Assembly (NCBI GenBank): GCA_049513715.1
Contig: JBEKVV010000003.1
Coordinates: 288,001-352,000, forward strand
DNA length: 64,000 nt
From: Candidatus Bathyarchaeia archaeon
Lineage (GTDB): Archaea; Thermoproteota; Bathyarchaeia; 40CM-2-53-6
Direction: 5' to 3'
In this document: piece after piece, positions 27,841 to 37,656 of the stretch
How positions within the stretch are numbered: position 1 is the first letter of the stretch
Layout of the letters: every line of letters begins with the position of its first letter
Notes under the pieces: generated by a model
The model's input: only the letters and a program-made list of their open reading frames with translations
Told to the model about the DNA's origin: nothing
The model's database searches: none
Program-made: the position numbers and the translations under genes

Positions 27841-28926
27841 ATGGCGGGGGAGCTAGTTTTCATAGGCCTGGGCCTCCACGACGAAAAAGGCCTCTCAATC
27901 CGCGGACAAGAAGAGGCCAAATCCTGCGAGTTCCTATTCGCTGAATTTTACACCGGAGTAATGCCGGGGTTGAGCATGGATAGCTTGGTGCGCTTGGTCG
28001 GTAGGCAGGTTCAGCTTCTTTCACGCAAGGAAGTTGAAGAAAGACCTGAACAAACCATTCTTGCGAAAAGCAAGAACAGCAAAGTTGGGTTCTTCGTCCC
28101 AGGCGACCCCATGGTAGCGACGACACATGTTGACCTCCGCATTAGAGCCCAGAAAGCAGGGATCAGGACGCGAATCATCCACGCCGCCTCTGTAGCTTCA
28201 GCGGCGGCAGGAGTGTCAGGGCTACAATCCTACAAATTCGGCAGAACCGTAACCATACCGGTCTCATCGCAAGGGCAACTTCCCGAAAGCATCATCACGA
28301 ACATTAAGACCAATTCTGCAGCAGGCCTGCATACTCTCGTACTCCTGGAAATCGACGTTGAGAATAATCGGCACATCACTATCCCAGAAGCCTTGAAACT
28401 GGTTTCTAACCCGGACAGAACGGGCGGTGCAGTTGGAGCCCAGACATTGATTGTGGGAATCGCACGCATAGAATCCCCTGACATGGTGGTGAGGGCAGGA
28501 ACCGTCAGCGACCTTATGAAGGAGGATTTCGGCAAGCCACCTTACGTCCTAATTATTCCCGCTCGGTTGCATTTTGTTGAGGCCGAAGCCTTAGAATTGT
28601 TCTGCGGCGCACCAAGAGCACCGGTGAACCCACCCATGACTGAACCCAATGAGGATCCGGGGCAGCGGGCGCGCACATACATTTCAAACTTTGAGAAGGC
28701 TCTCCATACCTCAAACGTAATGGTGGAAAAGAACCGCATCGACGGTGCAGCCATCACGAAGGTGACAGACGCAATTCACCGCTACCTCGAAGACGCACGT
28801 TACTATCTCGAAAACAATAGACCCACAACTTCCTTAGCGTCAATCGCATATGCTGAAGGCCTACTTGATGCGCTGATCTTTTTGGGTCTAGCGAAGCCAG
28901 ATCAGCCATCGCGAAGTTCTTCGTGA
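27841..28926 (+). CDS. dph5: Diphthine synthase fused to C-terminal DUF357
   Basis: FIGLGL, EFYT, GDPMVATTH.DL, GLQSYKFGRTVT, GLHTL.LL, LHF.EAE, then DUF357 (YLEDARYY...YAEGLLDA). Confidence 0.92.
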   Translation: MAGELVFIGLGLHDEKGLSIRGQEEAKSCEFLFAEFYTGVMPGLSMDSLVRLVGRQVQLLSRKEVEERPEQTILAKSKNSKVGFFVPGDPMVATTHVDLRIRAQKAGIRTRIIHAASVASAAAGVSGLQSYKFGRTVTIPVSSQGQLPESIITNIKTNSAAGLHTLVLLEIDVENNRHITIPEALKLVSNPDRTGGAVGAQTLIVGIARIESPDMVVRAGTVSDLMKEDFGKPPYVLIIPARLHFVEAEALELFCGAPRAPVNPPMTEPNEDPGQRARTYISNFEKALHTSNVMVEKNRIDGAAITKVTDAIHRYLEDARYYLENNRPTTSLASIAYAEGLLDALIFLGLAKPDQPSRSSS

Positions 28927-28933
28927 CAGGAAC

Positions 28934-29455
28934 ATGAAACGACATTATCTGTGTCTCCTGTTTGTGCTGACACTCATGCTGCCGTATTCGGCATTGGGTC
29001 AAGAATCGCTTTCAATCACAGTTAGCACGGACAAACAGAATTATGGACTGGGGCAGATTGTTGTGTTTACTGTGGAAGTGCGGCAGGCGGGTGCTCCTCT
29101 GGCCCACACGCCGGTTTACTATGAGCTTCGTGACTCTCAGAATCAAATAAGAGCGAACGGGTTAATCACCACAGACGATACGGGCAGGTATACAAAACAA
29201 ATCACGATCGGGAATGACTTTCCTCTCGGGTCATACACCGTGTACGTTAGAGTCACGGTAGGCAGCCAGACCGCATCTGCCACAACTGCATTCCAAACGA
29301 TCCCAGAGTTTCCTTCCCACATAGTTCTACTCTTCACACTTGCCGTGGGCATCGGCATCTTAGGGGCATCCAGAAGAAGGAAGTTATCCGGAAAACAAGC
29401 CATTTATCAAGAAACATGGAATGTTCGCGTTGGGACGCCTAGGCGGCTAAAGTAA
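28934..29455 (+). CDS. Secreted Ig-like (MG2-like) protein with PEF-CTERM-type sorting signal
   Basis: Signal peptide, STDKQNY..G..V, G.YTV, IPEFP + TM helix + basic cluster RRRK. Confidence 0.75.
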   Translation: MKRHYLCLLFVLTLMLPYSALGQESLSITVSTDKQNYGLGQIVVFTVEVRQAGAPLAHTPVYYELRDSQNQIRANGLITTDDTGRYTKQITIGNDFPLGSYTVYVRVTVGSQTASATTAFQTIPEFPSHIVLLFTLAVGIGILGASRRRKLSGKQAIYQETWNVRVGTPRRLK

Positions 29456-29456
29456 A

Positions 29457-30089
29457 ATGAGTTCCGGAAACATTAGGTCGATCATCAAAGCCGCCTATCT
29501 ACTCCAGTTGAGACATGGACCCTTCACTGAGGTAGAATTTGAAGCGGCGGGTAATGCGTCTGAGCTACAAAATGTCCTGAAACTCCAGTATTTGGAAGAA
29601 CAACAAGTGAATCAGGAGAAGAGGTACTCACTCAGCGAAAAGGGACGTGCCCAAATCAAAGTGGTCTTAGCGGGAGGTGTTTATGATGTTCTCCACCTGG
29701 GACACTTAGCCGCCCTAACTGAGGCAAAGACTCTTGGCGATGTTCTGGTTGCCGTAGTTGCCACAGACATCACGGTTGAGATGCTGAAGGGCCGTAAACC
29801 GGTCTTTCCTCAAGAAGACCGCAGGGCGCTGGTTGAGGGGTTAAAACCCGTTGACAAAGCGATCTTGGGGTATGAGGATGTGGGCTTTGGTTTCGAGCAG
29901 GTACTGGTCGAAGTCATGCCGGACATAGTTGCTTTCGGCTACGACCAAGAGAACCTAGAACGTAGCGTCAGCGAAATCATTAACCGCCGTAAACTCAAGA
30001 TCCAGACAGTCAAACTCACGCAGTACGAGCATGAGAGATACCTAAGCTCAACATCAGTTAAGCAGAAGCTGTCGGAGCAATTGCGTTAG
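29457..30089 (+). CDS. ribL: FAD synthase (cytidylyltransferase family) with N-terminal extension
   Basis: GG.YD.LHLGH, LV.VVA.D, KGRKP, PDIV..GYDQ, SST; convergent with ribK. Confidence 0.82.
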   Translation: MSSGNIRSIIKAAYLLQLRHGPFTEVEFEAAGNASELQNVLKLQYLEEQQVNQEKRYSLSEKGRAQIKVVLAGGVYDVLHLGHLAALTEAKTLGDVLVAVVATDITVEMLKGRKPVFPQEDRRALVEGLKPVDKAILGYEDVGFGFEQVLVEVMPDIVAFGYDQENLERSVSEIINRRKLKIQTVKLTQYEHERYLSSTSVKQKLSEQLR

Positions 30090-30793
30090 GCGCTGCTCTT
30101 CTTGTTCAATGTTGTCGTGAACGCTTTCACCTTGACAGTGTCACCATCTTTGACGTGAAGTGCCTTCCTAAGGTTCTCTGAGGAGATTAACTCGACCACG
30201 TCTCCCGCGTAGTGTGTTCTGACTGGGAAGATGAGGCCGCCCTCGATCTTGTCCGCGATTTTTCCGTGGAAGCATTTGGCTGGTCCGAAGCTTCGGTTGC
30301 CATCCGTGAATCCCTCAATCAGGATGAACGGAGAAGCTTCCAGCAACCTAGCATCATCCTGATCTTCCTTACGCACGCGCAGGTTCAGTGTTCCCGGATA
30401 AGGCTCGAAGCCGAGTTTAGCTGCGAACTGCTGTTTATACCCCGACTGGGTGACGTAGTAGGCGCCCTCACCTAGGCCTGAGAATACGACGCCCTCGAAC
30501 ACAGTTTCCGTTCGTTTCAAGTCAAAGGCACGCTTCAAAGTTAGGAACATGTTTTCCAGATGCTTGACGCCGCTGTTCGTGATCTTGATTGATTCCCGCC
30601 GTCCCAGTCGGACTCGGTGAATTAGCCCCATTTTCTCGAGTTCAATCAAATGCCTAGACGCGGTCTGCTGCGACGCCTTCAGCAGCTTCGCTAGGTCTGT
30701 GGTTGTGAATATGACCTCGTTCGGGTAGGCGCCTACCTCGATGAGTTTGTAGAGGGTTATGAGTAGGCTGGGTTTGATTTCTTGAGTTGACAT
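30086..30793 (-). CDS. ribK: CTP-dependent riboflavin kinase with N-terminal HTH (RbkR type)
   Basis: SQQTASR HTH; SGLGEG.YY, PYPGTLN, P.RTHY, ELIS..NLR..L...DGD. Confidence 0.93.
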   Translation of the reverse strand: MSTQEIKPSLLITLYKLIEVGAYPNEVIFTTTDLAKLLKASQQTASRHLIELEKMGLIHRVRLGRRESIKITNSGVKHLENMFLTLKRAFDLKRTETVFEGVVFSGLGEGAYYVTQSGYKQQFAAKLGFEPYPGTLNLRVRKEDQDDARLLEASPFILIEGFTDGNRSFGPAKCFHGKIADKIEGGLIFPVRTHYAGDVVELISSENLRKALHVKDGDTVKVKAFTTTLNKKSSA

Positions 30794-31422
30794 TTCTGCC
30801 TCGTAACCTCATCATGTGCCATGATTATCGGTGCCGGACCCCTGGCGGTTAGACATCGTTTCACGATCTTGACGGCGTCCTCTAGGGATACCTTGTGTCC
30901 CACACTAACATAGATGGTTTTCCCATTCCCCGGTAGGGTCACAAGTTCCGCTATCGGATAACCTTCCTTATCGAGTACTCGGCGACCCTTTACCGACCCG
31001 TAAAGCAAGCTCTTCGCCACCCCAATCGTAGGTCGGTCAAGCGCGACCCCGACGAAGCAGGCTAAACCGAACCTTCTGGGGTGCGCTAACCCGTGCGCGT
31101 CCACCAAGCACACGTATGAATTCCCACGCAACGCCCTAATCGCCCTCAGGACCGACGGGGCTTCCCGAAAGACCAGCAACCCCGGGATATACGGGAACCT
31201 GATTTTCTCTGTCACTGTCTTCACGTTGAGGAGTTGGAGTGACTCGGCGTCCACCATGGTGGCTGCCGCTACGGTTGTCCCACGAAGATACGTGGCATCA
31301 CAGCCCACCAACTTCTCCAACTTGGATGGAAGGTCGCTCTTCTCGCTTACCAGCGGAGCCCATTTTTCCTGTAAGGCTATGGCTTGTTTTGGCGAGAGTT
31401 TGCTTGGAAGCCTGATTCTCAA
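30757..31422 (-). CDS. nfi: Endonuclease V
   Basis: GCD..Y, FPYIPGLL.FRE, VD.HG.AHPRRFGLA, PTIGVAKS, YVSVGH. Confidence 0.93.
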   Translation of the reverse strand: MRIRLPSKLSPKQAIALQEKWAPLVSEKSDLPSKLEKLVGCDATYLRGTTVAAATMVDAESLQLLNVKTVTEKIRFPYIPGLLVFREAPSVLRAIRALRGNSYVCLVDAHGLAHPRRFGLACFVGVALDRPTIGVAKSLLYGSVKGRRVLDKEGYPIAELVTLPGNGKTIYVSVGHKVSLEDAVKIVKRCLTARGPAPIIMAHDEVTRQKCQLKKSNPAYS

Positions 31423-31447
31423 CAGAAATCCATGCTTTCCGCGGGTC

Positions 31448-31879
31448 TCAATCAGCCATGGCGGATTTAATTCGTTTCGCGGTCTCTTCTAATACAGCCC
31501 GACTTGGCCTATCCTTGTAGTTAGGCCCAAATTTCAAACCGAAACCGTCACCGGTAAACCTCGGAATAACGTGCAAGTGTACGTGGAAGACCTCTTGCCC
31601 TGCAACAGCCCCATCTGCCACATGGAAGTTCACTCCTTCACAGCGCACGCCAGACCTCCGAAGTGCTTGGCTGATTCGCATTGCGACTTTGAATAGATGA
31701 GCTCCAGTTTCCAGCTCAAGGTCGGCGAGTAGGGCGGCATGCACGTTTGGAACAACCAATGTGTGCCCCGGGTTAACTGGTTGAATGTCCAGGAACGCAG
31801 CAGCCCTTTCGTCCGCGTAAAGTGAGGTCGCTTCAGCTTTGCCTTGTATGATCTTACAGAAGATGCAATCGTCGGTCAT
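31448..31879 (-). CDS. HIT family hydrolase
   Basis: CIFCKI, FLDIQP..PGHTLVVP, AGQEVFHVHLHVIPR. Confidence 0.95.
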   Translation of the reverse strand: MTDDCIFCKIIQGKAEATSLYADERAAAFLDIQPVNPGHTLVVPNVHAALLADLELETGAHLFKVAMRISQALRRSGVRCEGVNFHVADGAVAGQEVFHVHLHVIPRFTGDGFGLKFGPNYKDRPSRAVLEETAKRIKSAMAD

Positions 31880-31888
31880 CTGGCCACG

Positions 31889-32530
31889 CTAGCCTTTCTG
31901 GTGTGATTTGCCCAGTTTGCGTTCCACACTTCGCAGGGCTTTTTCCAGGGAGATTCTCCTCAAGTCTGTTGCGACATCGCCGCGGGTCGTCTCGAGGATT
32001 CGTCTTGATGCGTCGAGTTTTCTGCGGAAGTTTGGAAGAATCGAAGTCCGATCAAGGCCCATCAGCTCCTCGTAGACGCTTTCCATGGTTGAGAGGAGCT
32101 TCTGCGCTTTCTCTGCGTCTCCATGCCTTAACGAGTCCAAGGTCATCCTGCGCAATTCGCCGACAAAATCCAACATCCCCAACAGGTAGGCTGTGCTGCT
32201 TGTTCCAACTTCTCTTAGCGATGCGATCTTGCCATTCTTCTTGACTTGGAAAAGCAGTTTAGCTTCCGCGTACTCTTGAAAAGCTACTAGAACCTGTCCG
32301 AATTGCGGGAGCTCATTATGCGTGGACAGCAGGTTCTGCAACTCATCAAGATCTCGCTTTGCATCACTGAGAGTCTTGGTTGCCTCCGCAAGTTTTTCGC
32401 GGTGAATTGAGATGATGGCCCAGCTGCATAGCCGGGTGGCATTTCGGGTTAGGGTTTGAAGTTTCTCCCGGGCCTTATCGTAAGAGAGTAGTTCAGCCTG
32501 AATTCGTTCAATGTCGCTTTTGGCGAGCAT
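31889..32530 (-). CDS. Archaeal translin (C3PO-like) family protein
   Basis: D..RE, QEYAEA, YLLG..D.VGELRR, RRK.D. Confidence 0.85.
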   Translation of the reverse strand: MLAKSDIERIQAELLSYDKAREKLQTLTRNATRLCSWAIISIHREKLAEATKTLSDAKRDLDELQNLLSTHNELPQFGQVLVAFQEYAEAKLLFQVKKNGKIASLREVGTSSTAYLLGMLDFVGELRRMTLDSLRHGDAEKAQKLLSTMESVYEELMGLDRTSILPNFRRKLDASRRILETTRGDVATDLRRISLEKALRSVERKLGKSHQKG

Positions 32531-32645
32531 AATGTTCGCGCACTGCTAAAGGCTCAGCTGGAATTAAAATGATGGTAGCTTAGAGATCAGCCTACCTTCA
32601 TGTGCCGCGGTGCCTTCGGTTGGATTAAAGGTCTAGTACGGTGGG

Positions 32646-33251
32646 CTACTTGATGACGGCCTCGTGTTCTTCTTTGATACCGCTGTTGGTGATGACTAGT
32701 ATGTCGATACCTTCGCCGCTACCGATGTCGCGTGCTGACGCTGCTTTCACAGCTTTCTTGACGAGGCCTCGGGCGTCGTCCACGGTCATGCCGTCCTTGA
32801 AGTCCGTTTCCAGCAAGCCCATCGCAATCTCAGCACCGGAGCCCACGGCTGTGAACTTGTCCTCAATCACTGAGCCCAACGGGTCTAGAACAAACAGCTT
32901 GGGGCCGGTGTCATCCACTCCGCCCACGATTGTTTGCGTAAGGTATGGGAAGTATCGGCGCTCGAAGAGCATGCTGCCCATCAACTTCGCCGCCGTGCGC
33001 ACGGTTACGCTTTGCTCTCGCTCGAAGGTGTAGAGGTTCAAGTACGCTCCGACCTCGCGAGTCAGAATCTGCATATCGGCGACTATACCTGCGCATGCTG
33101 CACCGATCTTTTCAGCGATCTTGAAGACCTTCTTTCCGGATTTGCTCATGACGAAATAACCGTACGTGACTCGGCGCTCAGCCGCGAGTATAACGCCATC
33201 CTTGCAGACGACGCCAACTGTGGTTGCGCCTGGCATGTAGTATTCACTCAA
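32646..33251 (-). CDS. psmB: Proteasome subunit beta
   Basis: Short propeptide then TTVG, ILAAE.R, AG.VAD.Q, D..GS, GSG, RD..SG. Confidence 0.95.
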   Translation of the reverse strand: MSEYYMPGATTVGVVCKDGVILAAERRVTYGYFVMSKSGKKVFKIAEKIGAACAGIVADMQILTREVGAYLNLYTFEREQSVTVRTAAKLMGSMLFERRYFPYLTQTIVGGVDDTGPKLFVLDPLGSVIEDKFTAVGSGAEIAMGLLETDFKDGMTVDDARGLVKKAVKAASARDIGSGEGIDILVITNSGIKEEHEAVIK

Positions 33252-33345
33252 TCAAGAAACACCGTTCGGCAAAATCCCAAGCACTCGCATTAATAAGGTA
33301 TCGGTACCCACAAACCCAGTCACACAGATCGCTGATGAAAAACCC

Positions 33346-33612
33346 GTGGTCCACCCACTCAAAAACATCCTGAACCGGTTCAGGTGGGACAACCGCGAAA
33401 ACCCAGACGATTACTTAATCACCTATCGGCACCGGGGCGCCCCAAACGACGAAAAACGGGTGAAGGCATCTTCAATCCAGACCCTCGGAAAATCATGTTT
33501 CACTTTGTCCGGAGAAAACGAGGAGGAAACAACCATTCCATTCCACAGAATCCTAGAAATTCGCAACGTTACCGATGGAAGGTTGCTTTGGAGAAAACGA
33601 AAACCCGTTTAG
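33346..33612 (+). CDS. DUF504/MJ1316 RNA-repair-associated domain protein
   Basis: LNRFRWD, Y.HRG, IPFHRI..I, LW.KR. Confidence 0.85.
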   Translation: MVHPLKNILNRFRWDNRENPDDYLITYRHRGAPNDEKRVKASSIQTLGKSCFTLSGENEEETTIPFHRILEIRNVTDGRLLWRKRKPV

Positions 33613-33866
33613 CTCAAGGTTGCCCGTCATGCATCGTTAGAGCAAAGACCTGGTCAAACATCAAGAATTCCTTGTCGCGGCTCTGCATCATGAGGCTCAT
33701 GCACTCAAATCTGGTTACATTGAGTTCGGATTCGGTAGAGACCACGGCTAGCTGCTCTCTGAGGCAGGGGGCGGGCCGTTCGGGACGAGTTACTTGTTCT
33801 CCCCACAAAACTACACCACATATTGAAATCGGCAACAAAGCATACGCGCCCGCAAAAATAAGCCAT

Positions 33867-35129
33867 CTAAGATGGCTCTTTGATTTTGAACCATATTATG
33901 AAACCGATGATGATTGCGAGGGCTAGGTTGAGTATGAATGGGGATTGGGGTGATATGTTGTCCCACATCCATCCACCTAGGATTGGGGACGCCGCTGACG
34001 CCGCGCCAGCTACGAGCGCCAGAGTCCCGAGCGTCTGCCCATACTTCTCCCGCCCATAATGCAAGACTATGTGGGCGTTTAGGGCGGGCATCCAGAGACT
34101 GTAAACGAACCCCGCGAACACGGCGGAAATGTACGCGAACTCAGGCCGCCAACCCAGCAAAAGTGGCAGGAAACAGCCAATCGCAGCCCACTCGCTTGCC
34201 GCCAAGAACGGCCTCCCACCCAGCTTATCCAATTTGGAGCCTAACGTGAAACCTGTCAACGCTGGAATTCCAGCGGAGATGGCCAGTGCTATTCCTAACT
34301 GTTCTGGGGTAGATTTCATTTCTTTGAAAATGTACAACGCCCAGAAGGGGAAGCTGATTCTCCACGCGACCGAGTCCAGCGCCACCACCACGAGTAGTGG
34401 GATGAGGCGTTTGTCGGGGCGAAGGATTCCCCACCAAGATTCAACTGCACCCTCGATCCGGTGAACCGGCTCAGGCTTGTAACCCACCAGCACGACCCCG
34501 AGCGCCACTGCGACCAGAACGGCGGAAGTGATGAAGATCATTTGCCTAGGGAACCCCAGGGAGGTGGCCAAGAAACCCCCAAGCAACGGTGCCAACGTGG
34601 CGGCGGATTCGGTTACTCCTAGGTCGAGGCTGAAGATTTTACCCAGCCCTTGCGTTGTGGTCGCGTGGCCGAGCGCGGCGTACGAGGCCGTTCCACGGAT
34701 AGCAAAATCCAAACTCACAAGCACAATCCCAGCACCCAACAACACCCAGTAAGTGGCGAAGGAGTAAGAGAAGAAACCAACAAGCGTCACCAACCCACCG
34801 ATTATAATGAAGGGTTTTCGCCCGATTCGGTCAATCAAGACGCCGATTGGCAAGCGGAGAAAAGTCGCGCCTAAACCTCCGAGGGTTTGGGCTTGGCCTA
34901 CGAACGTTATGCTAACCCCAATCGCCACAATCAGTGGAGCCACAGATGGAGAGCTGAAACCAACAGCGAACCCGAAAAGCCCGTCCACTAGGATCAGGAG
35001 TAAGATTTCACCCCTGAACGAGCCCGATCGATCAACCCGGACCATCGTAACCATCCGCAAAACCAAACTGAAACCAATGGAGACTATTTCTGGGTCCCTA
35101 CTCATTGCCGCCGGCGATTTCAAACGCAA
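33867..35129 (-). CDS. MFS transporter
   Basis: G.L.DRIGRKP motif A, second-half LDKLGGRP, ~12 TMs. The true start is probably internal (MVRVD). Confidence 0.88.
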   Translation of the reverse strand: MRLKSPAAMSRDPEIVSIGFSLVLRMVTMVRVDRSGSFRGEILLLILVDGLFGFAVGFSSPSVAPLIVAIGVSITFVGQAQTLGGLGATFLRLPIGVLIDRIGRKPFIIIGGLVTLVGFFSYSFATYWVLLGAGIVLVSLDFAIRGTASYAALGHATTTQGLGKIFSLDLGVTESAATLAPLLGGFLATSLGFPRQMIFITSAVLVAVALGVVLVGYKPEPVHRIEGAVESWWGILRPDKRLIPLLVVVALDSVAWRISFPFWALYIFKEMKSTPEQLGIALAISAGIPALTGFTLGSKLDKLGGRPFLAASEWAAIGCFLPLLLGWRPEFAYISAVFAGFVYSLWMPALNAHIVLHYGREKYGQTLGTLALVAGAASAASPILGGWMWDNISPQSPFILNLALAIIIGFIIWFKIKEPS

Positions 35130-35188
35130 AAGACCAGAGGCGTAAGAACCTTTAACACCCTGCCGTAATCAGCGCCCTCGAATCACCC

Positions 35189-36589
35189 TTGGAGCATAGA
35201 CAACCTCTTGTGAGAGAACTTGCCGAGTTCGTTGTGAAGGCAAAATTCACAGACCTATCAGACATGGCCAAACAGGCGTTGAAGATTCGTGTCTTAGACG
35301 CGTTAGGTTGCGCGATCGGGGCTCTTGAGGGTGAGCCGATTCAGATGATTCGGGCGCAGTTGGAGGATTTCGGCGGCAAACCCCACTGCACTCTAATCGG
35401 AGGTGGGAAAACCGCACCGGACCTCGCCGCGTTCTACAATGGCGCTCTCGTGCGCTACTTGGATTTTAATGATAGTTACTTGGCGAAAGGGGAGACGTGT
35501 CACCCAAACGATAACGTGGGCGCAGTGCTCGCGGCGGCGGAGTACGCGAAAGCAAAGGGCCGCGACTTCCTCCTTGCCCTAGCCATAGCATATCAGGTTC
35601 AATGCCGCCTTAGCGATGCTGCGCCGGTTCGGAGTAAAGGCTTCGACCACACAACCCAAGGCGCGTACGCGGTTGCAGCAGGCGTCTCAAAAGCTCTCGG
35701 CCTGGATTCTGAGAAGACTGCTAATGCGGTGGCAATCAGCGGCACCGCCCTAAACGCCCTCAGAGTGACCAGAACCGGCGCGCTTTCTCATTGGAAAGGC
35801 CTCGCCTACCCGTTCACGGGTTTCGCTGGAACCCACGCAGCTTTCCTAGCCATGCGCGGCATAACTGGCCCACCAGAGGTGTTTGAAGGAAACAAGGGGT
35901 TCATGGACGCGATAGCCGGCAAATTCCAAATCGACTGGTCCAACGAGAACTTAGAGCACGTGACGAAGACCATAATCAAGAAATACAATGCGGAAGTGCA
36001 CTCGCAATCCTCCATCGAGGGAATTCTGAACCTCCAAAAGGAGTACGGCTTCAAAGCCCACGATATAGACAGAATTGAGATTGAGATTTTCGACGTAGCC
36101 TACAACATCATAGGTGGCGGCGAGGAAGGCTCGAAGGTTCAGGTCAGGACGAAAGAGGAGGCGGACCACAGCTTACCCTACATCGTCGCGGTCGCAATCC
36201 TAGATGGCACCGTAATGCCCCCACAATACAACCAAACCCGAATTGCCAAGGAGGACGTTCAGCAGTTACTACGAAAAATCACCGTCCGTCCCCGGGACGA
36301 TTACAGTAAACGGTTCCCAGACGAAATGCCCACGCATCTGATTGTTCATTTGAAAGACGGCCGAATCGCGGAGAAGGAGAAACGAGATTACGAGGGGTTC
36401 TTCACACGCCCCATGGGTTGGGAAGGGGCCACAGTGAAATTTGACCGGCTAAGCGAACGCTACCTGAATAAGGCGCTCCGAAAGCGAATCATTGACACCG
36501 TCGCCAACTTGGAACAAGTAAATGTAACAGCTTTAACCAAGGTACTCGCAACCATCAGCACCCCGAAAGCAAGGAAAAGGAAGAAGTGA
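35189..36589 (+). CDS. MmgE/PrpD family protein
   Basis: LD.LGC..GA, RYLDFND, HP.DN, GFDHT, LSHWKG, FEG.KG, ADHSLPY. Confidence 0.92.
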   Translation: MEHRQPLVRELAEFVVKAKFTDLSDMAKQALKIRVLDALGCAIGALEGEPIQMIRAQLEDFGGKPHCTLIGGGKTAPDLAAFYNGALVRYLDFNDSYLAKGETCHPNDNVGAVLAAAEYAKAKGRDFLLALAIAYQVQCRLSDAAPVRSKGFDHTTQGAYAVAAGVSKALGLDSEKTANAVAISGTALNALRVTRTGALSHWKGLAYPFTGFAGTHAAFLAMRGITGPPEVFEGNKGFMDAIAGKFQIDWSNENLEHVTKTIIKKYNAEVHSQSSIEGILNLQKEYGFKAHDIDRIEIEIFDVAYNIIGGGEEGSKVQVRTKEEADHSLPYIVAVAILDGTVMPPQYNQTRIAKEDVQQLLRKITVRPRDDYSKRFPDEMPTHLIVHLKDGRIAEKEKRDYEGFFTRPMGWEGATVKFDRLSERYLNKALRKRIIDTVANLEQVNVTALTKVLATISTPKARKRKK

Positions 36590-36595
36590 ATTGAG

Positions 36596-37429
36596 TTGAG
36601 CAGCAACCGAGCCTTCCCATTCATCCGCATGAACGAGCGTCAAGGGAAACCGCGGACGCGCGGTATTACGGAAATCCGAGGCCCCTACTACACCGTTATG
36701 GGCAAACGGTACCTGGAAGATGTCCTCGAAACGATGGGCGAGTATGTGGACTCACTGAAGTTCGCCGCGGGCTCATTCAGCCTGATGCGCCGCGACGTGT
36801 TGAAGGAAATTATCGAAACCGCCCACAAGTACAATGTATTGGTTTCCACGGGCGGCTGGATGGAATACGTCCTCACGCAAGGCCCGTCCGCTGTTGAGCA
36901 ATACATCAAAGAGTGTAAGGAAGTTGGTTTCGATATTATCGAGCTGTCCAGCGGCTTCATCACCTACCCCATCGACGACTGGATACAACTCATAGACCAG
37001 GTCAGGAGGGCGGGTTTGAAGGCGAAGCCTGAGGTCGGAATCCAATTCGGCTCCGGAGGAGCCACATCAATTGCCGAACTGGAGGCGGAGGGAACACAAG
37101 ACCCCGCTTGGGCAATCTCGAAAGCCAAACGCTTCCTGGAAGCGGGCGCCTACATGATCATGATCGAGTCGGAAGGAATCACAGAGAACGTGAAGGCCTG
37201 GCGGACCGATGTGCCGCCGAAACTCATCGATGCGCTAGGCTTGGAGAAGATTATGTTTGAGGCCGCCGATCCGGAAGTGTTCGGCTGGTACATCAAGAAC
37301 TACGGGCCCGAAGTCAACATGTTCGTTGACCACAGCCAGATTGTACACCTAGAAACCTTGCGTAGGGGTATCTGGGGAACGAAAGACCTCTGGGGACGCG
37401 TCCTTACCTACAAAGGCATGAAAAAGTAG
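36596..37429 (+). CDS. comA: Phosphosulfolactate synthase family (ComA/HSA32-like)
   Basis: KPR.RG.T, VD.LKF..G, STGG..E, GFD.IE.S.GF, EAGA..IMIESEG, FEA, GPEVN, LE.LR.G. Confidence 0.88.
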   Translation: MSSNRAFPFIRMNERQGKPRTRGITEIRGPYYTVMGKRYLEDVLETMGEYVDSLKFAAGSFSLMRRDVLKEIIETAHKYNVLVSTGGWMEYVLTQGPSAVEQYIKECKEVGFDIIELSSGFITYPIDDWIQLIDQVRRAGLKAKPEVGIQFGSGGATSIAELEAEGTQDPAWAISKAKRFLEAGAYMIMIESEGITENVKAWRTDVPPKLIDALGLEKIMFEAADPEVFGWYIKNYGPEVNMFVDHSQIVHLETLRRGIWGTKDLWGRVLTYKGMKK

Positions 37430-37458
37430 GAGAACTGCCTCATCGAGGCCGGTGTAAA

Positions 37459-37656
37459 TTGGCAGCCTGGCATGGCCTCAAAGAAGGAGACGAAGTGGAA
37501 CTTGAAATCAAAGAGACCGCCCGGAACGGGGATGGAATAGGCCGTGTTCGTGGAGTCGTCGTGTTTGTTAAAGGCGCCCAGGTGGGCCAGAAGCTTAGAG
37601 TGAAAATAACGAAGGTTGCTGCGCGTCACGCTTACGCAGAACCAATCAAACCCTAA
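37459..37656 (+). CDS. Single TRAM domain protein
   Basis: GDE..L.I....GDGI.RV.G.VVFV.GA..G...V.ITKV. Confidence 0.88.
   Translation: MAAWHGLKEGDEVELEIKETARNGDGIGRVRGVVVFVKGAQVGQKLRVKITKVAARHAYAEPIKP

Noticed and set aside
33614..33838. 74-aa ORF between DUF504 and MFS genes
   Set aside because: No motif or typical coding pattern recognised
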